Below, in pieces: positions 40,208 through 54,184 of a DNA stretch of 64,000 nt (within the stretch, counting starts at the first letter, position 1; every line of letters begins with the position of its first letter). Location of the stretch: NCBI GenBank assembly GCA_000165425.1, contig CT868096.1, positions 826,601 through 890,600 of the forward strand, written 5' to 3'. The notes under the pieces were generated by a model. That model had not been told where the DNA came from, searched no databases, and saw only the letters and a list, made by a program, of their open reading frames with translations. The stretch comes from Paramecium tetraurelia. Its lineage: Eukaryota. Position numbers and translations under genes: made by a program.

Positions 40208-41432
40208 TCAACTCTCATTAAGTTCTTATGTATTTTGCACTTCCATAATCACTTCCTCCTCCACTTTCGTTTTCTCTGGTTTTTTCTATAATAATGAATG
40301 ATATTAAGAATTACTGAATAAAATAGTAATGAAATTAATAAGGTCAAACTAACAAAATTGAGAATAAAGAAGACGTTATTTTAGACTTCACTATCCAATA
40401 AAAATAGATTGTAACTTATCTTTTACATCACTGCTATATAACACATAGTTGCTAATCTTATAATCCAACTAATCTCAGCAATTACTATTAGTTCTGAAGT
40501 TGAAATCTTACACACAATTGGATAAAAAAGAGTGCCTAATCCCAAATAATAGCCTGAATTCGAAAAACTAGTGAGATTAGAGCAGTATCCAAAACATACA
40601 CTAATTTAACCTAATACAATTAATCTATTCTTGTCTATTGAGTCGTAGAATATCATATTAAAGATGATCATAAATAATTATGATGGATGATATTAAAATT
40701 GAATCAGAGAAGTCTAAAAGATTATGACTAAAATTAAATATTTGAAATTTTTTAAAAAGGCTTGAAGAAATTTCTCATGTCCCTCTTCAGTTTAGTTTAC
40801 TTGTAATTCAGTAGTTTAATTCCTTTGCAATAGTTCCTCTTCTAATTATTTCACATTTTATGACAAACCCGAAAAAGGTATTATTGATATCAACAATATC
40901 CTTGCACCAGTTGCGCATAAGTAGATAAGTATTGTTACAAAGTATATCTTTTCTGCACTTAAAATTGCATTTAGAATGCTCCCTATAGCAAATTATAGTG
41001 GAATGAATAATGAGAAAAAGGAGATCGCCTCATCAGTATATTTCAATCTCAAATACATCATCACTTATATTAAATTAATACCTCCAGCAATTCCAATTAA
41101 AAAATTTAATGCTAAATTACCAAGGTCTGGCTGTGGTGCTATAGAAGGATATACAAAATAGATTGGCAGTAATGAAACCAAAAGTATGAAATCAGAGATG
41201 TAAAATACTACACGATTTGAAAACCTTTAGATGTATCTGATTACAAATTAAAAATATTTTCTTACTTGTATAACCTTGATCCAACTGCGCAACCAAAGTA
41301 TAAAATTCCATTTTATAATTAAGAGTTTAAAGCAACTGATAGCATTCCTGAAAGATACATCATGTTCAATGTCAATATGATTGGAGCATAAAACTATTTT
41401 TGATTAGGCAAATAACATTGACTTTTGTTCAT
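40208..41432 (-). CDS. Multi-pass membrane protein, MFS transporter-like
   Basis: Many hydrophobic helices (GILYFGCAVGS, NFLIGIAGG, FAIGSILNAIL) in two blocks separated by a hydrophilic loop. Confidence 0.6.
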
Positions 41433-41636
41433 TTATATAATAATATAGTCTAAGAGTTTAAATTTTGTACAAAACTTTGAAATATTATATATAAGAAGAT
41501 ATTTTAATGAATTCGTCCCCGTAATCAGAGATAAGAGGGAGTTGTACATCTATTTGATTGCTTACTATATGAAAGATAATAAAATAATAATACTTTTGTT
41601 TATCAGAAATATATTAATTTATAATATAATATTCTA

Positions 41637-42980
41637 ATGTTTAGGAAAGGAAGGAATGACCCTTTAGAATTGTTAAGAGATCATGTGATTCATCATAAGC
41701 AAATTAAATTGAAAAGCAAAAATACCGACCATAGACTGCTCTTTGATAATAATATCGAATTCAAATGCTCGACTGTAATTGAGTTATCATAAATACAAGG
41801 AAACAGCTTGGAAGTCGAAATCAGGTTAGGAATATACTCTTGGAGCGTTGTGGTGTTTTCTGGATTGTCATTTGCAAGGGCTGGAATAAAAAAATTATAG
41901 AAAAAAGGCATTGGATCTAAACTTTGAATAGGTGTTTAAGGCAGATAATCAAGACATAATTGAATATTTCACTGGCAAAGTCGATTATACAGATTGTATC
42001 AATGCAGACAAGAAGGCCTCCTTGTACAATAAGAAAGCCCTCCAAAAGGATGAGGATGTTGAGTTTGCTAGTTAAAAAAAGGTGAAGCCTGATTCAGAGA
42101 AGGAGGTATATATATGATATAGATTTAGCCACTCACTGAGAAAGAGTTCAATTTAAAGGTGTTTGATGAGATTTTGAGATTCGAAAAACCCATTACCACG
42201 AGAAATAGATTATTTAGAGTTTAAGATAGGACATTTGATGACATTTTGAAAACATCCTAAAAAGTATTTATAATAAGCATAACATATAAAGATCTTTTAA
42301 GGCTAGTATGTAGGAGTAGGCGGAGATGAAGAGGAATTGTAGTAAATTCTTGGAACTAGAACTTAAGATGTTAACAAGGCTAAATAGCTATCAACTGCTA
42401 AATTATCTTATTCTGTGTTGAATGAATTCATTAAATCGAAGGAGAAGCCCATTATTATAGTGCCTCAAATAGCGGAATTGGGAAACCTTTGTTTGAAGAA
42501 TGTGTAGTAGTTTCTAGAGTAAGGATAATATCTGGATCCAAATGGATTGAAATTCACTAACGAATCCAGATCTGTTTAAATTAAAGTGAAGTTGAGATTG
42601 ACTGACATGTAAAGATAATGGTTTTAATTATAGCGAATAATAATTTTTAATATTGGATACTCCCAATACAATAACTAATTGGAAAAGAGTGGTTGCAGTG
42701 TTTTTAAGGGGATCTACCTACGAGTTGAAACAATTCCCAGATTAAAACCCCAATCAATTGTTTAAAAAGTAATTTGTAATACTATCTCAAACTTAGCATC
42801 AGAGGTTATCACTTAAAGTTTGAGGAGGAGAAACTGAAAGATTTGATCAAATAATGGAATGTAAAGGTTTTCGATTTGCATAGAAGCAAAAGGTACTAAG
42901 ATATTGATGTGGTAAATGCATTTTGGGAAGATCTTGAAGCTTTTCTATTGAGGCCTGCTAAGTTACCATCATAATAATGA
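41637..42980 (+). CDS. CDC73: PAF1 complex subunit Cdc73/parafibromin
   Basis: N-terminal DPLELLRDHV; C-domain KPIIIVP..LCLKNVQQFLEQG, NWKRVVAVF, RGYHLKF, WNVKVFDLHRSKRYQD..FWEDLE. Confidence 0.88.
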
Positions 42981-43020
42981 GTATTTTGGATATTTAATAT
43001 TTCTGTGTATTTGTATATTT

Positions 43021-45381
43021 TCAATGCTTTTATTAAAACACTTCTGTTGCATTTTAATATTTTGATACAAACCTATCATTTTCGACATCATAAGTTGGTA
43101 ATACTAATATTCTGTTCTTGTGTAATTCTTATTGGATTTTGTAATTGAGTGCATACTAATAAATTATTCAATTTTGCTTTACTTATTTCCTTCGATTGAC
43201 ACAATTCTAAAAAGTCCAATCCTTCAATTGCACACCCATTTTGTTTGGCAAATTTTCCTTATTGATACAAGCTTGCATTCTCTCATAGAATGTGATGCAA
43301 GGGTTGATGCCACCTGATGTATTGATTCCAATGTATGACATTAAAATTAATTATTATTATTATTATTATTTGAACATTGATAACTAACAAGATTTTTAGA
43401 TTATACTGAATTTCACATATATAATAATATTTGAGATATTATACACACTCCATGATTTCAATTTCACTAAAACGCAGGGTTATTAGCATTTCCACAACAC
43501 ATCAATATACAATTAGCACAAGAACATTATATCTTCGGATCTTCAGCTTTAATTGATTGTTATGATCTAATATTATATGAAATATTACAATTGTTTCTAA
43601 CTTTTTGACTTCCCATTGTTGGATTATAAGTTTTCAGCTTGCTTGTACTTCTCAAATGTAGTCCTGTTTGTAAATAATGTTATGATTTATCCATAAAGTA
43701 AATGAGACACTGCTATTATGAACAAAACACTTAAAAATATTATTATTGATTAAACAACTATCTTGGTTATAAATAAAGTATTCGACTGAGACTCTATCAT
43801 ATTATTGAACCAACTATAAATCGGATTGCCATCACTGTATTCCTGGCCAATAAACGCACTATTTAGTATTAAAATATGAATCAAATTTATCCAAATTATA
43901 GAAATAAAGGAAAAGTAAATAAAGTAGTTTTTTGCTCCAATCTATTAGAATGAACATAATCATTACACAATTGTTCACCCAAGGACAATGATGATCATAT
44001 ACTACGATACACCTTTTGCAAAATTCACAATGTCTAGATCTCTCTGGTTTCTTTATTAGACATTCTTAACACACTTCCCAAGGTTCATTATCATTCAATA
44101 ATTTAAACAACTGCTATTAATCTGTGGATTTCTCAATAAAACCAGGATGCAAGAACATGGTCAAGAAGTACAGTATTATACCCAACAAAAAGGAAAAGAC
44201 TGACAAAATCTAAAGCCATTCGTGTTTGAAATAAAATGGATACACAAATAAAATAGTCCCTATCATACAATAAAAGTAGATTATGAAAAAAGCTATGATT
44301 TAAGTCCAACTTACAGAGGGAGGTTTGATGCTATCCTAGTATTCACTACAAATACCTTGGCTTTATATTCAGGAATTCTAATAAGCAATTATTTGACATC
44401 AAAATCTCAAAAACTCCATTTTATTGATTTTCAAAAGCAGCTTCAGCAGGAGTTTAGTTCTTAATATCTCTTATACTTTTATTAGCTCCCTTTTGTAGTA
44501 ATTTCTTCGCAATTCTACAGTTCCCAGTCACAGCAGCCAAGTGCAAAGGGGTCATACCTTCTCCATCCTTCAAATTTATATAATAGCTGTAGTTCGGTAG
44601 TTTGGACAACCATGACAACAAAAATTGGAGGGCAAAAAGACTATCAAAATACGTTGCCCAATGCAAAGGCGTTCCTCCTTGTGAATCTTACTCAACTATT
44701 GATTGACCTTATAAATATAACCATACCATCGCTTAAACTTAATCACCTTAAGCTGCTACTGACAAAGCATTTTAACCTTGAGAATTTTTTATGTTTAGAT
44801 CTGCTCCAGCATCCTTAAGCATCTCCAAGATTGATATAGATCCCACATAGGCTGCAAAATGAACAGATGCAAATTGGTCCTAATTGACTCTATTTATCCA
44901 TTCTTCAAATTGATTTTATGTAGAATTTTGCTTCGCAGTTTCCAACAATTTCTCCACCACTGCGGGCTAATTCTTAAAGCATGCGATGTGAAGTAGTGTT
45001 TACTTTTTCTGATCCAATAACTCGTCCAATTTTAATTTCTCCTTTCTAATTTTCAAATCATCCAAAATTACTAAGAATTCTTCAACTTCTCCCTCCTGCG
45101 TCGCCTTCAGAAGCATATTCAATGCCTTACCGTAATTAACGAAGGGCATCACTTTTCTCAACTCCTCTATTGATTACTACTGATACTTCAATAAATATTA
45201 CAAATTCTGAAAGGGATTTATCAAGTTGATCGTTTATTTAAGAACGTAACAAATCCTAATTTATTTAATAGATTGAAGAACTTCTAATAGGAATTTAACC
45301 ACTCTTTTATTAGTTTTCTTTATTGTTTATCAAAGGACTGCTGATGTTATTTTATTTGTCCAACTCTATTTCTGTATTCAT
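43021..45381 (-). CDS. Ankyrin-repeat DHHC palmitoyltransferase (Akr1/ZDHHC17-like)
   Basis: Ankyrin repeats ([20 protein letters not shown]); [30 protein letters not shown] helices; RTTFE. Confidence 0.92.
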
Positions 45382-45973
45382 AAAATTAAAATTAATTAAC
45401 TATTAAAGCTGAAATTTATAATGATTCCTCAATTACAATACATAACCAATAGTATTAACTTTCAAAAACAATCCTTTAAAAATTATCCTACAATTTTATG
45501 TCTATATATTTATTCATTTTCTTGATATGAACAAAATTCTAATCAAAAATAATTTTGCATTTATTTCAGAAATATTTATCCCAAACACAATTGTTATATT
45601 CTATACAAAATTTAACTTAATCCGAATTCTAATTCTAAGTGATTCATATTTCAAAAATTTCGAAATGGAAATCGTTTTTATCGAGATAAAAATAGTTTAA
45701 TAATGATAAAACCGTACTTTAAAAAACAAATTAAGTGATATCGATTAGAAAATAAGCAATCTACACATTATTAATTTAATACTTTAAGATATATATAATT
45801 GAGAGATTTAAGAGTGGGAATATAAAGATCATCTAGTGGGAAATGATAGAGCAGAGTTAATAATGAATGTAGGTAATGTAATTTTGAAGTAATCAGTAGA
45901 AGGAATAATCTTAGAATAAGTCTAATATTGAATATATATATTATTATAAATAATTAAATAATTGAAAGAAGAA

Positions 45974-46294
45974 ATGATAAGCGATACTGTATTGCTTGTG
46001 TCAATAATATGTGCAGCATCTATTTTAGTAGTGGTTGGGATATTTTGTGTATGGAGAAAACTGAGGATCAGAACCATTAATAATTTGAATAATAAGCCTA
46101 TGCCTAAGGCGTATGTTGAAATTCCAGACAAAACTGATCGACAAGCCAGGCCTCCAACAAATCCATAATAATGTTCTCCAAAAGGGGATGAGGATAGTAT
46201 AGCAATAAAAAGGAAAGTAAAGAATTTTTCATCTGCAGTGATAAACAAGAAGAAGAATCTCACAATAAAAATACCAACTAAAGAGGAAAGTTGA
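45974..46294 (+). CDS. Small single-pass membrane protein with C-terminal KKKNLTIKIP motif
   Basis: MISDTVLLVSIICAASILVVVGIFCVWRKLR...VINKKKNLTIKIPTKEES*. Confidence 0.7.
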
Positions 46295-46382
46295 ATGAGC
46301 TCTATTTTATATCTATAATCTTTTTTGGTTTTAGTAAATTTGTTATATTTAATAAACATCAAATAATAAAAGTAAACCTGAA

Positions 46383-46970
46383 ATGATCTTGCTACTCTTG
46401 GTTGGGCTTGTTGAGGGCGTGTAATTTGGTTATGAAGTGGAGAGAGGATAATCAATATGCTTCGAAGATTACTTTTCTCAGGATGATGTATTCGATTTGA
46501 GAGTAAGAGCAAATTCTTCAAATTATTCTGTGAAACTCGAAGAATCAGAATAGAAGAAATACGTTCCATTATACGAAAGAAGTGGAGCTTGGGAACACAA
46601 TTATCAACATTAATCAAATCACAAAACCTCTCATATGAAGTATTGCTTTATAAATTTGGAAAATGACGGCATCCTCTTTAATATCACATACAAGACGGGA
46701 TCTGAATTAGCAGACATGTAGAAAGTAGCCAAAATCTCAGATTTAAATTAAATGGGCGGTCACATGAAGAAATTGAATAGTATGCTTGATGATATCAAAA
46801 GAGAGAGATCATTCCTCATAGCAAAATACGATTTTCTGTCTAGGATGCAAGGATCAATTTCAAAGAAATAAATAGTCTTTGGTCTAATGTGTTTAGGAAT
46901 TTCATTGATAATAACAGCTATCACTGTGAATTTGATAAAAAGAATCCTATAACAAAAAAAGTCATAATGA
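46383..46970 (+). CDS. p24/emp24/gp25L (GOLD) cargo receptor
   Basis: Signal peptide, GQSICFEDYF, MKYCFIN, coiled-coil, C-terminal TM and tail RILQQKKSQ*. Confidence 0.85.
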
Positions 46971-47029
46971 ATGTAGATTAGTATAGTTTATTGATGAAAT
47001 ATATATTAATTATGTAAAATTATCAAGAA

Positions 47030-48283
47030 TCATTCTATTTCAAACTGTTGTTGATCATACTCTACTTATGGTTCATCCCCTTAATCTGGTTCATCCTGCT
47101 AATTCAACTACTCCTCACCATCATTTTTTTGGATTTCGATTTCCGTTTTGCACAGAGGACATTGCTTATTGTTCTGTAACCAATTCTTTATACAACTAGA
47201 ATGATATATGTGTTTGCAAGGCAATTCTCTCACCTTCTCCTCTTCCTTGAATTCGAACAAGCATACTGAACATCTAAGATTGGTATTGAGATTCTTACTT
47301 GTCTTCTGGCATACTGTCATGATTCAAGGTTCGTTTTGGCAGTTGTTTAATCTATTATTTGGTTAATCCCTTGGGCACATTACTAATTAAATCAGTATTT
47401 TTACCCTATCTATTCTTCCAATTCCAAGAGCTACTCATAAGTCATTGCATCTGGATCGATTTCTTAATCCTAGTATTCGTGGAAGTTCTCTAACTATTAC
47501 TAATCTCCCTGGTATAAATATTGCATTAACTAATAGAGTTGCTGTCTTGTAAGAGGAATGTGATTCTATTACTATTATTATTATTGATCATCCTTGGGTG
47601 AGATAAACGCATACCTCTTAGTTCATATCTTAGTTGGAATTGTTCTGATACTTCTCTTGCATCTCATCCAATTCTTATTAGAGTTGGTCGATCTATTCCT
47701 TCAATTGCTTCTTTTTTGATTTCTACTTTTTTATTTTCTCTTCCAATTAATGAATTTGCTATTCATAAGCTTGATTGGTTTCCTGCAGCTTATTAATTTA
47801 TTCCATATAAGATTCATTAATCTTATTGCAATCATTTAAATACTTTATATTATTATTGAAGTCTATTGCTTAGAATTTTATTCTTCTTTATTAGTTGCAT
47901 ATTCAATTAATTCAATTGATGCTCATTACTTAATTTCAATTAGAAGATGTTATCCTACACATTATTACGAAACTAATTACTTGTTACTTTATATCAAACT
48001 AGTTTTGCTTTTATATTCTTCTCTCGAATTGGTTGTGCATGCCTCTATTTTAAATAATTATCAATCATTACAGTTCTTATTCTTCTTGTTGTTTTATTTT
48101 TAAGTGCTGGGGTTGATCACTCAACAAGCTTTAATTACGAATGTTTGCTATCCCATTTACACACATTGTACCTGCAATCTACACTTGATTTCCTTTCAAC
48201 AGAGGAGAACCTTTCGTTATTTACGGTCTTCTAACTTAAAACTATTTCACTTATTGTAAATTCAGGATACTAGGATTTTACAT
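47030..48283 (-). CDS. C-terminal RING-H2 E3 ligase (RNF38/44-like architecture)
   Basis: IDPDAMTYEQLLELEEQIG..GLT; CSVCLFEFKEEEKVRELPCKHIYHSSCIKNWLQNNKQCPLCK. Confidence 0.88.
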
Positions 48284-48322
48284 TAAATTAATTAATAAAC
48301 ATAAATGAGAATATCGTCTCAT

Positions 48323-49814
48323 TCAATAACGCCATTTTGTTGATTCCCACACTGGAACAAACGTGATTTCTTTATAGTTTTATAGACACAATCAAGACAA
48401 TAATTAATAAATTGAATATCAATAAATAACTTTTGTATCAATTACTCTATAAATTGTAGACTCAGGCGATTCAATTACTTCCAAAACAAAGTCATGTGTC
48501 TAGTCTTGTTCCAGGATCAACTTTTCTAGTAACTAAATCATTTCTAATACAATAATTACCTTTTGATATTCAGCTTGCATATACTCGACATTGTCCCAAA
48601 CCAATGGGAAAGGAAAGAAAGAAGGATTATCAAAAATCAATAATTGTATTACATAGGTTGTTCCCTCTAATGAAGCATCTCTTATGTTAATTTATATTTG
48701 TAATGTTTTTTGTAATCCTGATATTTACAAACCATTTGCTATGACTTCTTTGTAAGAAAATGATTTGAATTTATTGTAAAATATGAAAGCCTCTTCCACC
48801 GAAGTAGGGTAGATGCTTTGAACTTGTCCCTAAACCACAATGATGCTCTCTTTAACTTATTTTTATATCAGATTGATCAATGGAACATATTGTTAATTTT
48901 CATATTTTTTCTTTATTTATGTAACTATACAAAATTAATTATTAAAGTTTTACATGATCCTATTGTTATTGTTTAATAGTTTTCCTGTTAAAAATCTATT
49001 TTAGGAAATACTTGATTGATTTCTTCAAAATGCTAAACATCATAACAGAAATTAGGTAACAACATGATATTGGTTTTATCAGTGATTAAGATCTCGTTTT
49101 CATTGGAACTATAATGATAATCAAAGTTGGTATTACATTTAGATATTTCTTAATTTAATGATAGCTCCTTCTTGGATTTCTAAATCAACCAATCCCTAAC
49201 ATAATAGGGTGTATTGATCGTTTTTGGAGTCCCTTAATTAAACTACATTTTCATCCTTCAATTCCTATATTGAAAATAATCCATCATAGATTGCGTTTGT
49301 TACTCCATACCAATAGAGGTTTATTACTAAATAAATAGATTGACTTACAGCTGGTTTAGGCCAAATATGATTAACTATGATTTGAGATTTTTTATATGCA
49401 AAGTAATTCTTCATTGGAGGGTTCTGTACTATCTTAGGGGTTGAATTTCAATTCCAATGTATTTGCATCAAACAATAAGAAATATGAAGTCTTGAAACTA
49501 TTTCTTCTCCCTTGAGGTTCCCCATTAAACAATTAGTAATGGTATCTTTTTAAGAAGACAATATCCCCAATGGTGTCCAGGGGAGCAGCCTCGGAAAGAG
49601 ATTTGAAGAAATAGAATAGGGTCAGGTATCCATTGTAGGAATCATCCATAATTTTGATCATTTACATGTAATCTCCTTGGCCATGGAGTCTCTTAGGCTT
49701 GGATGCATCTATGATGAAGGCAAACAGCTTTTTCTTTCGTAATTGCTTTTCAGCATCATCAGTTTAGAGTGCTTCAAGTATGTTTTATATGGTAACAATT
49801 TCTTTTAAACTCAT
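48323..49814 (-). CDS. POT1: POT1/TEBP-alpha family OB-fold single-stranded telomere-binding protein
   Basis: FAFIIDASKPKRLHGQGDYMQMIKIMDDS...LFYFFKSLSEAAPLDTIGDIVFLKRYHYQLFNGEPQG follows the POT1 OB1 pattern (P..s.G.DY...i.i.D; F......P....GDIv...r..iq.f....qG). Confidence 0.75.
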
Positions 49815-49861
49815 TTAATTTTAAATTATATAATAAAGCGCATTTTAATAGAGTATTAATT

Positions 49862-51367
49862 TCAGGCATCACATAATGCAATGTCATTAATTGCAAATTT
49901 CCCAGAATTCTCTTTCGAAACTCGAAGCAATTTTTGAATTTTCTTTGTTAATATTGATAAGATACATTTCTACATAAGTAGCAATTTGGTGATTTCTTTA
50001 AACATTTTTATAGACAATCATCACAAATGCCACCATGTTAACAAGGAAGCATAACAATTTAAGGTTAGTTTTCAAAGCAAACCTAGCATTTTTCTTCGCT
50101 TTTCACAAGTCCTGACTCTCTTTCTACTGGTGAATTGATTTATTCGGTCTTAGCCATGAATTCGAAAGCCTTGAGTCTGGCCTTATGATTAATCACACTG
50201 AAGTTGCTATTGGATATATGCTATTGCTGTTGCTGTTGCTATTTATTTTATTATTTGTTTGAGTCTTAGACAAAATCAAAGTAAGTTGAGGATATTTGAA
50301 TTAGTTTTTAAGGCAAGGAAATCTTGAGAAATTGATAGGGTAGTTTTTCTTCTTATACAACTGGTTCCTATTGACTGTCATTGTCAAATCCTACATCTTT
50401 GATAAATTGTCTACGATATTTAATGGTAGATCTTACATAAGTTAGAGTTTGCAGATGACTGTGACCACAAGAAGTGAAAAGTTATATGAAATAATCAAGA
50501 TGCACAATAAGGTTGCTTAATTGACAGTCGGAAAGGAATTGACTTCCTGGTTCTAACAGATGATATAACAGAACCACATTGGAATTCCGCTAAATCCACA
50601 TAGATAAAATGTTAACCATATTCCCCCTATCAACTATATTTTGGTTGTCTTCTTTTTGTAGTAATCTATCAAGGTTTCTCCGATTGAGAGTAGAAAAACA
50701 AAGTGCACGATAAAAAATATAACTAATAAACCCCAAGCAATACTGAATGTTGTATACCAACTCCAATAAATGGTGCACTTCCATCTCATGGTTATTAGCA
50801 TCAATTAGAGTACCAACAGTATTTTTACACCTTAAACAAGCTACAAATAAATGGATGCATATACAAAGGAGTATTATGTGATGGTTTCATTGATTGCGAT
50901 TTTTCTAATATTAATAACCACAGATCTGATGAAATAATATGCCATGATAACATAACTGAAATATTGGATGTCCAGTTCTGAGTAGGTGAAATTGACGAGA
51001 ATTATTGTTTTGAAAATTGCTGCGAGGAATGTGTCAATCAAAAGATTGCCTACTGTAATTTTATATCTATATTATTAAGAGTATGTTAACTTGATTTTCA
51101 GAATCGATAGAGTCAAAATAACTATTATATCGATTATCCAATAGAACACTATCATAATTATAAGCTCGTATTCCAACATCAAATAAGTTGTGTAAATCAA
51201 TATATATGCATTAGTAATTATTAATAGTATTAAAAGTTATGATAATCTAGTGGCTGGATTAATTGTGACTGTTGCTATTTCATTCTAATTTTATATATTA
51301 GGTCTAAATAGTTTATTAAATATAATATTATAAACCTTGTTTAATTGCTGAAATCAAAATTATTCAT
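49862..51367 (-). CDS. Multi-pass membrane protein with C-terminal C3HC4 RING
   Basis: Several TM helices, then CQVCFENQPQIVMLPCQHGGICDDCLQKCLKKSPNCYLCR. Confidence 0.8.
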
Positions 51368-51480
51368 TAATTATTTTAATCATCTAAAAACACTATATAT
51401 ATAGATCATAATATGTATATAAAATATCATTCAGTTAAAAATAATATATTAAATAATTTATATTAGTTAACTATCATTAT

Positions 51481-52836
51481 ATGATAGAGATATCAATTTC
51501 GTAAATCAGCTTAAAATAAGCATTGGGCAATTGCTAAATCAACATTGGAGTCAAATGCGGTACATTTCTTAAATATAATCAGGTGAAAGGAAAGAAATAT
51601 TGTATTAATAGTTATCATCAACTCAAAAAATAATCAAATATTCCTAGCCTCATCAATATGTATTTGACACCCAAAACACTAAATTTGTAAACCTCTAGTC
51701 ATTATAATACTTAGCTCTAATTTTATATTGAAACCCCTGATGAACAAGGGTACATCAAACTTTTAGGAAGTTCAAAACTCCTTATTAATGATGTCCAAGG
51801 AAGAGAAGTATCTCATAAAATCGAACTTGAACATGGTAACATTATGAATCTCGTATTGCGATGCACTACAGAAGTACGAAACTCTGCGAAATAAATCCCT
51901 GTTATCAACAATAGGATGGATAATTATCATATGATGTCAGTAAACAAGTCAGAACCAATCATAAACAAAAAACGTTATGGAAGTCCTTAGCCCAACAAAA
52001 ATTAACCATCTCGCTCCCCTTAACATAAGAAATTACCACCTTAACCGCAACCTCAACCTGTTGTGATGTAATAATAGCAACAATTTCTGCAATAACAACC
52101 ACAATAACAATTACTATAACCTACTAGCAGCAATTTAAGTAAAAGTAGTGCTTCAAGCATAAAACAATAAAAAATATTGGAAGATTATAAATAAATTATG
52201 CAAAATAGCATACTCGATGAAAGCGAAGAATTTCAAAGTAGTCCAGATCACAGAATAGATCCACCCTAACCTATTATGGAATTTCAAAATAAAAATAGTG
52301 TTACTCCAAGATAGAGTTCTAGATAAATTGACGAAATCCAATTAGCATAATACAAATAAATGGTCAAAGAATTATCATTACTACTTGATGTCTAATAGGA
52401 CTGTGATTCCATTGTTTATGCTGTATAATAGTTGTTATAGAAATACAGAGCTTAAAGTGAGTAAATTATGAAAATATAATGCGATAATCAAATATTGTTC
52501 AGTCAATATAGCAGTCTATAATAACAAAAAAGTCTTATAGAAACGAAGTCAGACGAATTCAGAAATCAGATTAAATCAAAATTAAAAACATACAAAACCT
52601 TATTTGATGAAAATGTTTCACTTAAAAATCAACTTAAAGATGATCTCTAAAAAATAGTTGATCTTAATATACAGATTAGAGAATTAAAGGGAGATCAATA
52701 AGAAAAACAATTAATAGACTCTGAAATTCAAACTCTAAAGTAACAAATAGATAAAGTGGCTTCGAATGTTGATCAAAAATAGTATGATTATGCAATACTA
52801 ACTGAAGAAATTAACTTAATTCAATTTAATGTATGA
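51481..52836 (+). CDS. C2-like N-terminal domain + Pro/Gln-rich + coiled-coil protein
   Basis: Beta-rich N-terminus with KLLGSSKLLINDV (C2-like), poly-Q/P linker, C-terminal coiled coil. Confidence 0.55.
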
Positions 52837-52907
52837 TTTATAATATTCATCATATATCTTATTATATTAACTCGAAATTTATTCGTACTTTGAAATTAAT
52901 GTTAAAA

Positions 52908-54184
52908 TCATTTAATTACTGTAGCAGTAGATTTAGTTTCATCTTTGGATACAATATTACTTAATAATATCTATTATATGAGATTTAATTTAAACATCAA
53001 GATAAACACATAATCAATTGAATTTGGATCGAACTTTCCTCGGATTCTAAAATATTTTCTTCCTGAAATCGTACTTTTCTTTGATAAAGTCAGTGTGAGT
53101 CATTGATTTTATTCTCACATCTGGTAATTGTCCAATAGTAGGTCTTAATTTATTTTCTTCTATAACTGATTTTAGATATTCATTCATTTTAGATTGTTTA
53201 TGCAATTTTGTACTAGATTTATAATTGTACATCCATTCTATGTTTGCAGGTTATGCTAAACGTCTTTTATTTTCTAATATTAATGACATTTTGATGTCTG
53301 AACTAGTTTTTATTCTAAATTCCTAAGGTTTATCAATTATTAAATCATCCAGTCTTAACTTAGTATAATTCGAGTTGTTAGCCTATTACTTATTTATATA
53401 TTCTTCCGAATGTTCAGATTACAACATGCTCCTCTTGCAAGGCATCGACAGAGTGTGAAACTTTGTTCGCATTATTATTTTTAGGTCAATTAATTATATA
53501 ATACTCAATTAAGATCCAAATATTTATTGATGTAAGAATCACTGTAGGTACTCTCCTCCTAATCATATTCTTCCATTATATTCCGAATGAGAGGTCTGGT
53601 TTGAAATATCTTTAATCCCGATCCATGATGTTCTAACTATTGTTGATACTTAATGTAACTATCCTGAGTATCTGACAATACCTCCACATATTGCTCTTGC
53701 TATTGTTTGTATTCGGCTTTTATATAATTGACTCAATACCAAACTTTAGGGTCAGTTGATCATGCTAAATCTATTTTAACTCATTGTGCAGTTTAGGATT
53801 TACCTGATGTATTTCCTGCATTAAATTCAATTTCTTGACTCTATGAATATTCTAATATATTTTTTATTCCTAATCTAATCGGAGTTTGTGGATTGATTTT
53901 ACAATTGGAATCTTTTAAGTGATTGACTCCAAGCAATGTTTAAATGATTTTTTATGACTGTAGTTCACACGTTGCAAAGGAGGACAATTTTCCTTTATTT
54001 CCTGCAGACACTATGAAAATACTCCTCCTTGGATCATTAATTTTAATTAATATTCGTTAAAAATACTTTAATTTATACACATCAATGTTTTGTATTCTAA
54101 TAGATTTTTATTGCGCCAAATTTATATCTAATGATGATGCCATACCCTAAAATCCAATCTCTTAATTATTAAATCAGTTTGCAT
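52908..54184 (-). CDS. Hypothetical low-complexity protein
   Basis: Long table 6 ORF that includes the supplied fragment 53047-53232; start uncertain. Confidence 0.5.

Noticed and set aside
45922..46617. 231-aa minus-strand ORF, the longest in the supplied track
   Set aside because: Antisense to two well-supported plus-strand genes (small TM protein and p24); no recognisable domain.
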